Positions 37,800 to 52,760 of a stretch of DNA of 64,000 nt are shown here, piece after piece; position 1 is the first letter of the stretch, and the number at the start of each line of letters is the position of its first letter. Made by a program: the position numbers and the translations under genes. The stretch comes from Eledone cirrhosa. Its lineage: Eukaryota. The notes under the pieces were generated by a model. That model was given only the letters and a program-made list of their open reading frames with translations. It did not search any database and was not told the origin of the DNA. Location: assembly GCA_964016885.1 (NCBI GenBank), contig OZ024742.1, forward strand, positions 112,592,001-112,656,000, in the 5' to 3' direction.

Positions 37800-40560
37800 A
37801 ATAAATGGAAACTATATTTATAAAACCATATTTAGTTTATCATATATATATGTCAAGGGCACCAAGCCAACCTTGGTGCGCTTTCATCAGATACAATACA
37901 AAATGTGTTCTATAAATAAAGACGTACCCATAAAGATTCAACCTTATCGGAGAGAAATTCACTGCATAGTGGAAACATATTAGGGAATATTCAAAGTTAT
38001 ATATGAATGGATAGATGGGCATATCTTGTTATATATAATTGTTTTAATCAGTTATTGGTTATAAATCTAATAAAAAAATGTACATTAAAAAATATAAAAA
38101 CATTAAAAATTCTGGAAAATTATCGGAAAATATTTTAAAAATACTTTTAAAACATTTAAAAAACATTTTTAAAATATTTAAAAAAGAAACTTAAAAAATA
38201 CTTAAAACATATTTTAAAATATTTAAAAAATCTTTTTAAAAGATTTAAAAAATCTTTTAAAAATCCTTTAAAAAAATCTTTTAAAAAATGTTTTAAAAAA
38301 TTTAAAAAAACCTTAAAAGTTATTAAAAAATATTATATACGAGATAAGTAGATTTTTAAAACAATAAGTAATTGTTTTAACAGTATGTAATTTTTGGAAA
38401 ATAAGTAATTTTTAAATATATGAAATATTTTCGAAGTAAAAATATTTTGGAAGTAGAAAATAATATATAATGAAAAAGAAAGATTTAAGAAGTAAATAAA
38501 ATTAAGAATAAAAAAACATAAAAATTAAAAATAAAGAATTAAAAAAACCTTTAAAAATATTAAAATTGAAGTTAAAATTGAAATTTAAAATTTTAGGATT
38601 CTATATGTATATAATCTAAGAAATTTTACTACGTGAAGTCATCAGAAGTGAACATATAGCAAACAATATATGGAAATAAGTAGAAATATTATAAGTGTAA
38701 TTATAATTTATATATAGTTCTAAATGTTGAATTTAGGCGATGTTTACAAGAACTAAATAAATTCGTACGTATATTAATAGAGGTCTTACATTTCCGTATG
38801 AAGAAAATTTCCTCAACACAAAATTTGCAAAACTAGATAAAGCTGTGTTTAGTAGGCAGGTGCTTATGAAATTATTTTCCAAGTTAAAGAATAGTCCGTA
38901 TTTGGGGATTTTAAGTTCCATATCAGGTTTGATAGAGAAGTCGAAAATTGTTTTACCAATAAAACGTGTTTTAAATCTGTAGAAGTTGAAACTATATAGT
39001 TAAATATATTATCACTGGTTTTGACCGCATTTATAGACCACATCCTTATCGTAGCACTTATGTTTTAAAGGACAGTTTGATTTAATTCTACAAATACATT
39101 TAGCGGAGTTGATGTTATTCGGAACTGTTTTATTATGTTGGATATTGCTAGAAATATTACTGCTATTTTGGTTATGGTTGACATTTCTATTATTGATTCT
39201 ATTCATATTTTGTGCTAGGTACGCAGTAGTTGAGTAAGATAGTTTTATAGTATGTCAATTAAAGATTGAGTGTTATCTATGGGCTTTAGGAAAACATTTA
39301 TCTAGAGATTTAAATAATAGTTTAGCTACAGGTGTGTTAACGCTTAATGAAAATGCAGGTTAATACCAAATTCTAATTCTAATTCTATTTCTTCGGTTAG
39401 TTTTAGAGCTTAAGTTAGGTTTTTTATTGTAATTTTAATTATAATTAATAGTATGCTTATTTCCCTCATCACTGATGTCGATGTATTTATTCTTATTTAT
39501 ATAGCCTGCTCTATTTAAAGCTTCATTATAATATTCTGCCTTATCGTCAAAAATGTTTTTTATTAGCGGAGATTCGAGAAATATTTTGCTGTATATAATT
39601 TACAATAGTGTCCTTAATAGATCTAGGATGATTAGCGTTGGAGCTTACATAGTTTAAATTCTCATTAATTTTATGGATTGGATAGTAGAACCCAGTGTTA
39701 AGGTTTAATGTTACGTCTAAAAAGTTAACAATTGTATAGTTCTTCTCTATTTCTAACTTAAGATTGTAGCTTTTCAATAAAATGTTTTTTAAATGTTTTA
39801 AATGTATTTTTTAAGTATTTTCCGCTAATGTTCAAACATTTTAAATATTTTTAAATATTTTTAATGAACATTTATTTATTAGATGTATAACCAATAACTC
39901 ATTAAAACAATTATATATAACAAGATATGCCCATCTATCCTTTCATATATCTATTTTTCTATCTATCTATTTTCTATCTATTGATTCTTCTATATATCTA
40001 TCTTTCTATCTATTTATTTTTCAACTTATTTTTCACCATAATTTTTTTATAATTGTTTTTATATATCTATTTTTTCTATCTACTTATAATAGTAAATATT
40101 ATATTATATTATATTATATTAGAAATGAATTCTAACAACTTAATAATAATAAATATACGTATCATTAGTAGATGTAGACTTAAAGTTTGTTTGCGTTGCA
40201 TGAATTCTATTCATCCTCTTGTAAATTTCATCTCTCTTTCTATCTCACAATATTAATACTTTTTCCTCTCTCACTTTCTTCCCTATCACTCCCCAGCGTC
40301 ATTTAAATAAACGGTTGTTTTTTCAATTTTTTACACATTCATTTGCATATTCATACATAACTTTGAACATTCCCTAATATGTTTCCACTATCCAGTGAAT
40401 TTCCGACCGATAAGGTTGAATCTTCATGAGTACGTCTTTATTTATAAAACACACTTTGTATTTTATCTGATGAAAGCACACCAAGGTTGGCTTGGTTGCC
40501 CTTGAAATATTTATATAATAAAATAAATATGGTTTTATAAATATAGTTTCCATTTATTTA
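37800..40560 (-). mobile_element. Neptune-type Penelope-like element, 5'-truncated, with direct 3' pLTR (about 37800-38130) and inverted 5' pLTR (about 39780-40560)
   Basis: Minus ORFs VNFLDVTLNL...NHPRSIK (RT thumb) and CICRIKSNCPL...VVYK (Neptune linker), then decayed YIVST..FKTR..LSNLIWNLK..W.II..CKH (GIY-YIG). 37801-38000 is the reverse complement of about 40350-40560. Confidence 0.85.
40459..40525 (+). ncRNA. Type I hammerhead ribozyme in the PLE pLTR (family D)
   Basis: UAUUUUAU-CUGAUGA-AAG..CCAAG GUUGG CUUGG..CUU-GAAA-UAUUUAUA-UA|AUAAAAUA. The copy at about 37830-37897 (minus) has GAAA changed to GACA. Confidence 0.8.
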
Positions 40561-40664
40561 ATATCATGGAATATGTACTCCAGTATCTTGTTGAGTGCTC
40601 TAAATAAGTAATAAACATTTATGTTTGTTGGAATTCCAACAAATTAAATACAACTTTTACATAC

Positions 40665-40713
<49 letters not shown>

Positions 40714-40729
40714 TGTGTGTGTGTGTGTG

Positions 40730-40777
<48 letters not shown>

Positions 40778-40809
40778 TGTGTGTTTGTGTGTGTTTATGC
40801 ACATGCTTG

Positions 40810-41888
40810 TGTGTGTATATATGTATATATTTATATGCATTCTCACACATATATGTATATCTTATATTATACATACATATACTAACTATGTAAAAACTAT
40901 CTAGTTATAATAAACTAAATAAAATCATGTTTTTAACCCTTTCCATACAAGTTTAAAGGATAACAATTATATAACCAATATTTTTTTATATTTTATATAC
41001 TCTATATAGATTAATTGATAAGACTACCACAATATTAAACCAACCCTTAATTTATCAACAACATTAAGTACCTCCCTTTGTTATTAACCACCTTTATAAT
41101 TTCCTGTGTAAACTTATAAAATTAAGCAACACAAGGTTCACCAACAGCTTAATAACGGTTAATGCAAAGCATAGAAAAGATAATTTGTAGATAAAAATGC
41201 ATAAAATAATATACCTAAAATACAACATGGCCAGTAATTCGTCGGAATTTACAATTAACAAACAAACCCCTATTGCCTATAAACGACTTAAAATAATCCC
41301 ATGGTTAATAGCTGTTTGTAACAAACAACACACACATAAATATGAACTACAATACAGAAACACATAAATGAAAATCACATACCCAGCTTAACAAATACCT
41401 ACATTATCAACACATTCCTCTCTAACAAATTGCACACTATCTTAAACATTTATAACAATTATAATATGCCTTTACACTCTACACAAAATATGCTTATTTC
41501 AACTGCATTATAACTCTTTCCTCCTACATGCCTTATTGACTGTATTGACTCCTGCAGCGTACACCAATTGTCCTTGCTTATAACTTTTTCGCCTGTGTTT
41601 TTTATTTGCTTCTGATTTTTTTGCTTGTGCTTTTTACTTATATCTATTACACTTCCAACCAGTGCTGTCTGTAATTGTATTCTTTTAAGCAGAACGTCTT
41701 TTTAAATCCTGAATCTCCACATGATGCCTTTGACACTAATAACAATTATGTATTCAAAATTTTCTAAATACTAGGATTCTAGTTACATGGTTCGACATTC
41801 CTTTATGCTTCGATGATTCCAGACTTCCTCCTGGAAGAAACAATTGTCAGCAAATAAATTTTCTGAACTAAAATTTGATCGTTTTAAC

Positions 41889-41893
<5 letters not shown>
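40810..41893 (+). mobile_element. Decayed probable PLE relic, inverted paralogue of 35713-36790
   Basis: Decayed HHR UGCU-UCGAUGA-UUCCAG..CUGGAA-GAAA-CAAUUG-UC|AGCA at about 41806-41852. Ends in (TA)n. Confidence 0.6.
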
Positions 41894-41946
<53 letters not shown>

Positions 41947-42758
41947 AATATATATGCATGTATGTATGCATTTACTAACTAGAAGGGATAAAATGATTTG
42001 ATCTGCTTGGAACTTCGAATTCATTTCCAATTTTCTGCTAGAAATGTTAAATTTCTTGTTTTGACACCAACATTATAGGGTTAGACAATTAATGTTTAAA
42101 TGTATTAAATCGTATGGTATTTTAAACATATATTCTAATATAATTACATATGTGTGTGTGTGAGTGCGCACCAACCGGTTTTGTATTATCAGTGCTATCG
42201 ATTGAGGTTCATAGGCAAACTGATGAATAAGTATGTAACATTTTCTTTGTTATATGAAGGCATTGAATAACGTGGTGTTTTATAGTACCTTTGGCTATAA
42301 AGTGGGTGAAACCTATTAAAAAAAGAAAAAAAAAGTCTCTTTGAAATATTATTGGAAACTGACATACATCGCAACAACTCGATTTTTGCCTTGATGTGTT
42401 CCTGACAATATGTTTCAAACATTTATATTATTTTGGTGCCATATTAAATGCAGCAGGATTAAAATCAATCAAAACAATAACAATAATATACCATCACATT
42501 AAAGTGTAACGCATTTTTTTTTATTCAAATAATGTGTTTATCACCATTAATATATTTGTTATATAAAGCAATGTTTATATACATATATATGTGTGTGTGT
42601 GTTCAAATGACTGCGTGTATGTGTGTGCGCCCGAGTGTGTTTGTGTGTGCGTGTGTGTATGTATCTGTGTAGAAACAGCAGCGAGTGTGTGTGCATCTAT
42701 CTCTCTAACTATCTTTATGTATACATATCTATACACACACATACAAATACATATATAC

Positions 42759-42812
<54 letters not shown>

Positions 42813-43350
42813 GTGTGTGTATGTGTGTGTGCGTGTGTGTGTGTGTGTGTGTGTGGGTGTGTGTGTGTGTATGTATGTGTGTGTGTGTGTGTGTGTGTTG
42901 GAAGTACGTATTCTTATAGACTTCTTTCCGGGTTCTCTGCATCTGCAATTACGACTGTAATGGTATTGTTTTACCTAACAGCTATTTAAGGAAGTGCTAA
43001 CAGCCATTGTTTTGATCTGCAAAGGAATTTTGTGAATAGGATGAAATATTGTTTCAAAAGGAAAAATTATCCAAAAATTCTATTAAAACATCACAGAAAA
43101 ATGTATTGAACGATTTTTGTGTAATTTAGAAAACAAAGTCTCAAATCTGTAGAAAAGGTTATAAAAGTCTAAATCTTCCTCTCCATTTTTATTCCTCGTA
43201 GTGATTTTAAGCCAGCCATTCAAACATATAATATTTACCCATTTTATACCAGCCTGGTATTAAAATGTCATTGACTATATTGATGCTGAAGAATTATGCG
43301 TTTATGTTGCAAAATACATACATGCATACAAACATATATATATATATATA

Positions 43351-43587
<237 letters not shown>

Positions 43588-45544
43588 TTATATATATAAA
43601 TATGTATACATACATATGTGTGTGTGTGCGCGGTAGGAGATGTAGAGAGAGAGAGAGAATTTCGTAAATATAATATACGATATGTTTAATAAATAAATAT
43701 TTTGAAAACCCACCAATGAATATTGAAAGGTCGAGTGCCAAATATTAATTCTACTTTGATCTCTCTTATTCAGCTGCAAATGTTTCAATTTCCAGCACAG
43801 CGCAGTGGAAGCACTGTTCTGATACATGGCAGAAGCTCTAAATACGCATAGACAGGGGTACCCTGATGCTTCTGTTGGAATCCGTTACACGGTGGTGGCC
43901 GCCAACCTTGCAATATTCATAGCTGGGCTATCAAAATGTTTATTTATAAAACATACCGTATATACAAAATTAACATACACGTATGTATACATATATGCCG
44001 AAATTAACGTTTAATAGTTTTATATGTATATATTTATGTCTATATCATATATCTCGATAACAAAAAAATTCAAGTAACTTTAAAAAAATGTAAGTTGTGA
44101 AGTGTTTGTAATGTTTGAATATTTTCCTTGGATCTGCCTGTTGGTAAATCTGTATTTCTATTTAAGTTATTTCGATCTGTATATATATATATCATTTTCT
44201 CCTGTTATCTGAGTGTGATTTTAACTATCAAATGATGAGACTTCGATGTGTAAACGTAATGATATCTATATTAGTTAATAGCCATTGCATCTGACCATAT
44301 GATTATATTCGTAATCATATCGTCATATTAATGACGAGGTTAGATTAAACTGACAAAAACATATAATCTTCCCGATTCCTGTTTTCATCTGGTTCCAAAT
44401 CACTTTTGTTTTTTAAAAATAATTTTTGGATCTTGTTTGGTTCCGTTTTAAGTACGCATTTTATTTACTTTCGAAAGTACGCATTTTATTTACTTTAAAT
44501 CCTTTCGAATCCTGTTTCACTTTAACACATTATTTACAAGAGTTACCATGTGTTTATGTTTCAGTACTCTTAATTTCACCATCTTGGCCGCAACATTTAA
44601 ACCGAGAAGGTAAAATACAGACTACTTACCAGACTAGTGCTATTGGAGATTTGTTGGTGCGAGATACATCGGTAGTTAGGATTCCTTTAGGAACTCCTTT
44701 AAAAGAGTCGTGTCGTTTATTATGTTAGGTAGTTCAATGTCATGTTGCAATTGGTAACACAACGGGCAAATTCACAGTCTGTAACTGGTGGACTAGTAGT
44801 ATAAATGTGGAAAGATGCGAACATGTGTAACATAAACAAATATTTTTGGATCATATCTCTGCTCAACGATGTGCTTACTATTTTTGGATAAGGTTTTAGC
44901 AAATATGTTGTCGCTTGTCCTGAAGAGTCTGGTATGTTCAACGCAAACATGCACAATTCCGATCACGTCTACACACGAAGACGCATGCAACATACGGTTA
45001 ACATCTAACCTATAACCCTCATGCAAATTAGTCTTAAACCATCATGACCTGGTAGATTGTGTTCCTTTTGGAACCTCTTTAAAATCTTACTCCCACCTTT
45101 TTCATTGGAGGTTCCAAAGTAAGCGAGATGCTCTCCTTACTATAATTGTAGATCTCAATGTATATGCACACCTTCATTAAAATATGAAGAACATTAAAAG
45201 AACTAGAGCCGAAAATCTCCCGTTTTTTCTCAATATATTTACTTACAGCTATATGGGCCATCAGTTCTTCGTAAGTGTTTCTCACTACCACGATGTTTTG
45301 TGTCTCTGTTGTTGGTTGTTTTCGTTGGATCTGTTTTCTTTTTTGTTTTTGTGTGTAGCTGTGGTTGTGGTAATTTTGGTGTGTGCTGGAGTTAGTAGCT
45401 GTGGATACATTGATGAATTTGTTGTATATTTCTCTATATTTGTTGTGGATGTGTATTCTTGGTTATCTGTGTTTCGGTTGGGGTGAGGCAATATATTTTC
45501 TTCGTGATGTTATAGTTTTCATTATTTGGGTTCCCCCTTATATC

Positions 45545-45970
45545 CACTTCGTGATAAGGAAGTCCCGGTGTTTGTGCCTGTTTTTAACCATCTGAAGGTC
45601 CAGTCCAAACCAGACTCAGAGTAATTCCACCGGTCCATCTGTTCAGCGCCCGACGACACTGTCGGACGGCATGGACCGCCCTCTCCATGTGCCGAGATGC
45701 ATGCCCACCGACTTTTACTGGTTTACCTTTGTCCTGTTACCGCTTCGCACAGCTTGAAAATAGTGCCGATCATCTCAATGTGTTTGGTGCTCGACACCAC
45801 CATCGTGATGGTGTCGGCATATGCTGACACGAATCTCCCACATCTTAGTTAGTGTGGGCTGCCCCTCGAAGTCTACAATTGGTGTAGTAACGGTTCAAGT
45901 GTCAATGCATAAAGAAGGGACGAGAGGGGACAAGCCTGGCGAACCGAACGCATGATGTTCAATGGTTGAC
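45545..45970 (-). mobile_element. L1/Tx1-like RT fragment
   Basis: Minus-strand IMRSVRQACPLSSLLYALTLEPLL and VSAYADT. Confidence 0.75.
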
Positions 45971-46040
45971 TCTAACCACAGAGCAGAATATAACTAATAA
46001 TAATTATCATTATTATTGTTATTATTATTATATAACGAGA

Positions 46041-46230
46041 GGGCGGTGAATTGGCAGTATCGGTAGAGGGTCGGACGCCATGCTTTGGAGCATGGTTAGG
46101 TCCCTTTACGATCTGAGTTCAAATCCCGTCGAGGTTAACTTCGCCTTTCATCCTTACCGGGTCGATAAAATAAATTACCAGTAATGCACTGGGATAATTA
46201 CTGCCCTCGTGCTAAAAGTAGAAACAATTA
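46041..46230 (+). mobile_element. Family S SINE, full length
   Basis: ggcggtgaattggcagtatcgg (A box), gagttcaaatcc (B box), core and (ATT) tail. TSD attattattatataac. Confidence 0.9.
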
Positions 46231-46401
46231 TTATTATATAACCCCGCAACTTACACATAATTGCACTATACAGAATATAACACTACTGGATAAATCCTAC
46301 ACATTAGGAAAATATACTTAATACGATTGAAATGATATCGGCATGTATCTAAGGTACAGAGAGCTATGCTTAGGAAGGCAGTAACGCGCTCCGACAATAA
46401 G

Positions 46402-46443
<42 letters not shown>

Positions 46444-47944
46444 GATGGTGATGATCATGATCATGATCATGATAATAATATTAATACAGCCAATGGCATT
46501 TGGTTTACATTGATTATGTTAACATTTATACTCGCTCTGCTAAATATGATCATGATGATGTTTATAATATTGATTTTGTATTTTCCGCTGTACAAAGCTT
46601 CAATTTCATTTACTCATTAAAAATGTGATATTGTTTTATTATTATTTTAAAATATTAAAAACATATATATATATTTTAACTAAACCAATGAAATGAGCGT
46701 TACAAATAAAACAAAATTTCAGTCATTGATTACATTTTTGCTTCACTGAATTACTTCAAGAAATTAATTTTCTTCAACAGCGATTCCCCTGCTTTCCTAG
46801 CAGAAATCATCAGACTCTGAATATTCTCATCAAACGCAACTCCACCGCAGCAAGCATGTTCCATAGCGGAAATTACAAAGGAGATCATAAGAGACAAATC
46901 ACAAGAGCTAACCCAGCTCTAATCAGAATGAGGGTTAAGGTGCAGGACATGAAACTCAGAGTTCATGAATTAAAAATCTCCTAGTGCCAAAAGTCGTAAA
47001 TTTGTTTGAAGCACATTATTCTATTTGTCATATTAACAGAAAGAAATATGCTGATCGTTCAAATATTCATAGGAGAGTGCAACCAGCTGTTAAGTAATTT
47101 ATGAAATAATGCATGTAAATTTGCAAAATAATATTACAACTGTGAAACTCATAATTGACAAAAGTAAAGTTACTAGTATTGTTCCTAAAAGTAAGTTAAT
47201 TTAGATTTGATATATAAATATCTCTCAAATATTAAACAACAAATTGTTAATTTCAATCTTAAGGATATTAGCATTTTTACCCTATATGCATGATAATTTG
47301 ATTATTAATCTGGTTTGAACTGTGTAAAATTAAATCCGCTAAACGTATTAGTTCATTTGCCTCGGCTTTATATATTAAAACGGAAACTGTTTGGAATGTA
47401 AATTAAGAGGAAAGTTGCATAAATACATAAATTATGTGACTATTCCTTATGTTTGTCTTGGGGAAATCTTCAATACATAATCACGATATTCTGAGCTATA
47501 AAATATAACTAGACCACCCGTGACCCGTTTTAAATAATTAAAATATACACAAAATGTATATAATGTAAAATTGGAAAGCCAATATATATATACGTGTATT
47601 TGTGTGTGTATATGTACGTGTATATATATGTATATGTGTGTTTGTGTGCGTGGGTGTATGTGACCTATATACACTGGTCACACACACACACATACACCGT
47701 GTCCAACACAAGTTATAAGATACATATAACATAATATTCATTCACCAAATTCAAGCTAGATACAGTAACATTGTATACGATTCTTTGAAGTCACCTGTCA
47801 TAATTTCATTCAACAACACCACCAGCTCTCTCCCTCTCTCTCACTCTCTCTTTTTCACAACCACTATCTGCGCTTGTATTCACATTTCAATGGTACCTTA
47901 CTTTCAAGGTATTTTCCCATTATGCGCTGATTTGGCTATTTATA

Positions 47945-48232
47945 AAGGTACCCGAAAAAACCCCGCGTATCTCGGGAACCGGTTGTCTGATTTGCGCGAA
48001 ACTTGTCTTTTCACGCAGATTGAGGTCAACAGCTTCGAAGCTTTCCCCACGAATCATAGGACACTCGTTCCAAACAATTTGCCTTGTATGCTTGAAGAGG
48101 TTTGCCGTGTTTGATTTTTTATCAATGTTGCACGCCCTTCCTGTTCCGTATAACCATGTCCATTATGAGCTGAGGATCCGCTAAGGTGAAACAATTGCTC
48201 TCGGTATGGTGAACTAACTGTTGTGTAACCAC

Positions 48233-48235
<3 letters not shown>
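47945..48235 (-). mobile_element. Possible Tc1/mariner-like relic
   Basis: Weak HHTESNCFTLAD (similar to HPPYSPDLAP.D) and a terminal aatcagacaaccggttcccgagat motif. Heavily decayed. Confidence 0.3.
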
Positions 48236-48280
<45 letters not shown>

Positions 48281-48335
48281 GTAGAGGTTAATAAATATAT
48301 ATGGTTTTATAAATATAGTTTCCATTTATAATAAT

Positions 48336-48455
48336 TGTTTCTACTTTAGGCAAAAGGCCAGCAAATACCCAGTACCTTACTGGTACTTTATTTTATCGAC
48401 CCCGTAAGGATGAAAGGCAAAGTTAACCTCGGCGGGATTTGAACTCAGACTGCAA
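48336..48455 (-). mobile_element. Family S SINE, 5'-truncated, with TSD
   Basis: TSD agtttccatttataataat at about 48317 and 48457. Confidence 0.85.
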
Positions 48456-48537
48456 AGTTTCCATTTATAATAATAAAATAAATATGGTTCTATAAATATA
48501 GTTTCCATTTATTAAAATATTGTATATATATATATAT

Positions 48538-49217
48538 AACGAAGAAATTTTGGTAAGGAACCAGATGGACCATAACGCACCAGAGACCTCAATACTTTGG
48601 GTAGTAGAGTGGGTAATAGGAAAAATTATGACCGCGACAGCAGAGTTCAAGACGTTTCGACGGCTATTTCTGGACCTTTTAGTTGTTATAGGAATCTGTT
48701 GTGTCTAGGTTTGAATTTAATGCTCTTAACCAGGTGGAAAAGGTCGTTCTCGAAGGGTGAGAGCATAGGTTTCAGAGGGGGAGATTTGTAGGTATTGAAT
48801 CCTAATCTTTCCTTGGTGTCGAAGTCCTGATTTTCGCGGTATCAATCGTAGAAAAAAGTTATACATCTTAGACTTTTCGCAAAAAGGTCGATTTTTTGCG
48901 TGAGCACCCGGAGGTAAAGAGTTCTCGGTGGAACTGGGATGTTCTTGGTGGAGAAGTCGATGTTGTGTTTTCGCATGGTGCGGGTGAAGAGACTTGAGCT
49001 GGGTGGAAAAGTCGGAATATTGCATGGTAGGGTCGGAAAGTGTTCTACTACGGAGATAGGTGCTAAATAACGAAGGAATTGTGGTAAGGATCCAGAGGGA
49101 CCATAACGCACCAGAGTACTCAATACTCAGGGTAATAGAGTGGGTAATAGGAAAAAGTATTGGTCCAGAAATAGCCGTCGAAACTGCTTGAGCTCTACCG
49201 TCGGGGTTATACTTTTT

Positions 49218-49220
<3 letters not shown>
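48538..49220 (-). mobile_element. Family A element with two direct terminal repeats (48538-48675, 49068-49160), an internal segment and an inverted head (49160-49220)
   Basis: Both repeats match 2744-2870. Internal minus reading DLFAKSLRCITFF / ISPSETYAL weakly resembles a PLE ORF N-terminus. (TA)n on both sides. Confidence 0.55.
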
Positions 49221-49251
<31 letters not shown>

Positions 49252-49696
49252 TATATATACGTACATACATACATAATATGTACTAGTTTCAAGCTTAATA
49301 TCTATCGTCGGCTTCGTATACCTTTATGTCAGATGATTGAACGTTTGAAAGTATATAAACTTTCCTTATGCACGTTAACGGCTATCTGACAGAAAGATGC
49401 TGACGAATGTGTTATTTTAATAAATATTTCCTCTACGGTTTTTATATTTTTGATATATATTTATCCTTGTCAAGCCCTCTTTGGATTTTAGTCTTCTAAT
49501 TTATTATTATTACTATATATATATATATATATATATTTATAATTTGAGTCCGGAATTTAAAGACACGCTTCTTACTATGTAAATCGTTAGATTAATATAT
49601 TTCTTCATTATGCTCTTTTGTATTCTATCTTTTTCCTGTTTAACAGTTTTATATATGCATATATATACACACACACACAAGCAAATATATGTATAA

Positions 49697-50003
<307 letters not shown>

Positions 50004-51474
50004 ATTGCTGTTGGATGCTTAAAGCGTCCGTATGCGGTAGGCCGTATGACTACTCGATGCCTTCCTGGAGCAGAGTATGATATTACAGTAAAAAGAGAAT
50101 CAGTTTGGCGACGATATGAATTTATAGGAGATATTACAAATGTTGCTCGGGCGGCCAGCCCGAGGTACGATCGATATGGTGATCTTACCTGACTCTGAAA
50201 ACTCTCGGTCGTCGGATACGTCTCGATTCTACGAAGCAGATTTTTCCTTTAACATCGAATTTCTTCGTTTGTCGATTTAGTTCCTGTTGTTGTCATTCCA
50301 TCAGTGGTCAATAATTGTACACGTCACCGGTATTTCTAGCCACTCGTGGTTGCCTACTTCTTGCTTCCTCTCGTTCTCCACCTGTCAATCAACATGTCTT
50401 CATTATCATAATTACTACTACAGTGGGAGACGGGTTGTATTCTTAAACGGACGGCATCACTCCGACGTCCTCATGGCCCCTAGGCGTCTTAGTCTACAGC
50501 GGTCAAGTACACACCAGCAAATATGCTGTATGCGGCATTCATCATAAACAATGCTTCGTGGTAATTTTTTTTTCTTTTTTTTTAAACAAATCATATGGAT
50601 ATTTAGCATAACATTTGTAGGACACATCCTTAGGATACACTCCGCCATACATATTTCAAAAAGAAAAAAGAAAAAGGAAAAAACCTATATCAAGAACGTG
50701 TTTTAAAAAAAAAATTTTGAAAAGAAAGCTATGAACAGCCATTCAAACGGAAGGGCAATATCAAAGGTGTTTACAACAAATAGAACGCATTCTACTCTCA
50801 CACACTGGACTCTCACACATCTGCCTATATATGTGCGGCCAAGACGCCGCACATATATAGGCAGATGAGAGAAAAAAAATCCATGGAAAGTCATCCGTAC
50901 CCCCACGCATACGTGGTCGGACTAATACAACGACCCATGCATGCGCTCACCCGTGTTCATGGATGTCTGTGTGGGCACACATACATTCATACATGCACCC
51001 GCTTGCTCCCACACCGGATGCATATACTCGATGAGTAAACCCCCTCCCCCCCCGCAGCACCACCACCACCCGCAGATGGTGCACACAGTATTGTATGAGA
51101 CCACGCATTTAAGGCCTCGACTCAACCTGATCACATGGCGGTGTGAGTCCGAGGGTGGTGCACAATATGCCAAAATGTTACGGCAGCACAATATTCATGC
51201 ACTACTCGCATATAACGTGGATGGCACATATATAAAAACAAAACAGTATCTACATAACGTAAAATAATGAAACAATATACGATAATAAAATAAAATAAAA
51301 TAAGATAACATACAATAAAATAAGATGCTGGAAAAAGAAAATGCATACATGAGAAGGATGCAGAGAGGGACCGGGCATTATCGAGGTGTACGTAAAGTTA
51401 TATACAATAGTTGGTGCTGTGGTGCAAATGTTCTTTCGTTGCACATATGCAACATCGTCAGTGGTGATATTATG

Positions 51475-51712
51475 CCAAAGCTAAACAGAAACAAATAATG
51501 GAATAACAATAACACTCAAACAAACAATACTGACCTAAGAGAAATATAAATAAATAAATATATAAATACACAAGCACAATAACAACAAACACATAAACAC
51601 ACACTAAAAAACTAAGATAGAATACAGTAACCAAAACACAGTCACCAAAACACGAACACACACAGAACACTATACACACACGCAAACGCATGCGCAGAGA
51701 AGAAAACAAAAA

Positions 51713-51747
<35 letters not shown>

Positions 51748-52045
51748 AGAGATTAAATAAAATGGCGTAGATATACAATACAACAGGAGGAACATAATAG
51801 CAGCACTGACGATGTTGCAGATGTGCAACGAAATAACTTTGTTAGACTATATATATGTGTTTGTGTCTATATTATATTTGTATTTTTGACCGTTGGTCAG
51901 TCAATGATAAACATTGGGGACCGAATAAATTAAATTAACCTATATAAAATACACAGAAGCGATAGCCAACCAAACTTTGAGCGTGTTATGTTATTAATTC
52001 TGGCAATATTATTACAACAATATGACCCTCCTCAAGTATAACAAT
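51475..52045 (+). mobile_element. Family C PLE 3' repeat with variant HHR (51797-51850)
   Basis: Homologous to 26240-26940. CUGACGA-U-GUUGCA GAUG UGCAAC-GAAA-UAAC UUU GUUA. Confidence 0.75.
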
Positions 52046-52259
52046 ATTTGTTTCGACAAAAGATTTCATATCAAAAACCTCGTAAAACAAATTCATCGCT
52101 GTCATGTATATATATATATATGTATATATATCTACACATATATATCCACACACATACATACAACCATTTGTATACATACACGCACGTAAACACAGGAATA
52201 CATATGTTCACACACACTCGCAAGCTTACACTTAAGTGGTCACATAGACATAATCGTAA

Positions 52260-52322
<63 letters not shown>

Positions 52323-52427
52323 GACATACAAACATGCATCCGGATACATAACCGCACACACACGTATAGGCATTAAACCACATACGTACATATACAAAAC
52401 ATGGCACACACACATGCATAAAATCTA

Positions 52428-52760
52428 ACCTCAAAAGGCCAGATGGCATGACCATCTTCCAGTTCCGCGGTGACAAACCGCTCGTCTGGGATGCAACTTG
52501 CACCAACACTTTCTGCAGTCACAACCCGGTGGAGTCTGCGACTGGCCCAGGTTCTGCTGCACGTCGGGCTGAGGGGATCAAACTCCTCAAATACCGGTCG
52601 CTCTCCGACATGTTTGCGGTCGTACCCCTGGCAGTGGAGACATCTGGTGTGAGTCCCGCGAGTTGGAATGGCTTTTCCAGCACGTCTCCCTCTGTCCGCT
52701 GAGGCTGTGGGTGGGCCACATCGCGTACCGTTGTAGTTGTTGTAGAAGAAACAGGAAGAC
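52428..52760 (+). mobile_element. CRE-like non-LTR retrotransposon RLE endonuclease fragment
   Basis: KRPDGMTIFQFRGDKPLVWDATCTNT...AARRAEGIKLLKYRSL...VPLAVETSG. Confidence 0.7.

Noticed and set aside
44100-45230. Possible decayed PLE ORF on minus (CEFARCVT zinc-knuckle-like motif)
   Set aside because: Too degenerate to support by eye; it needs a profile search.
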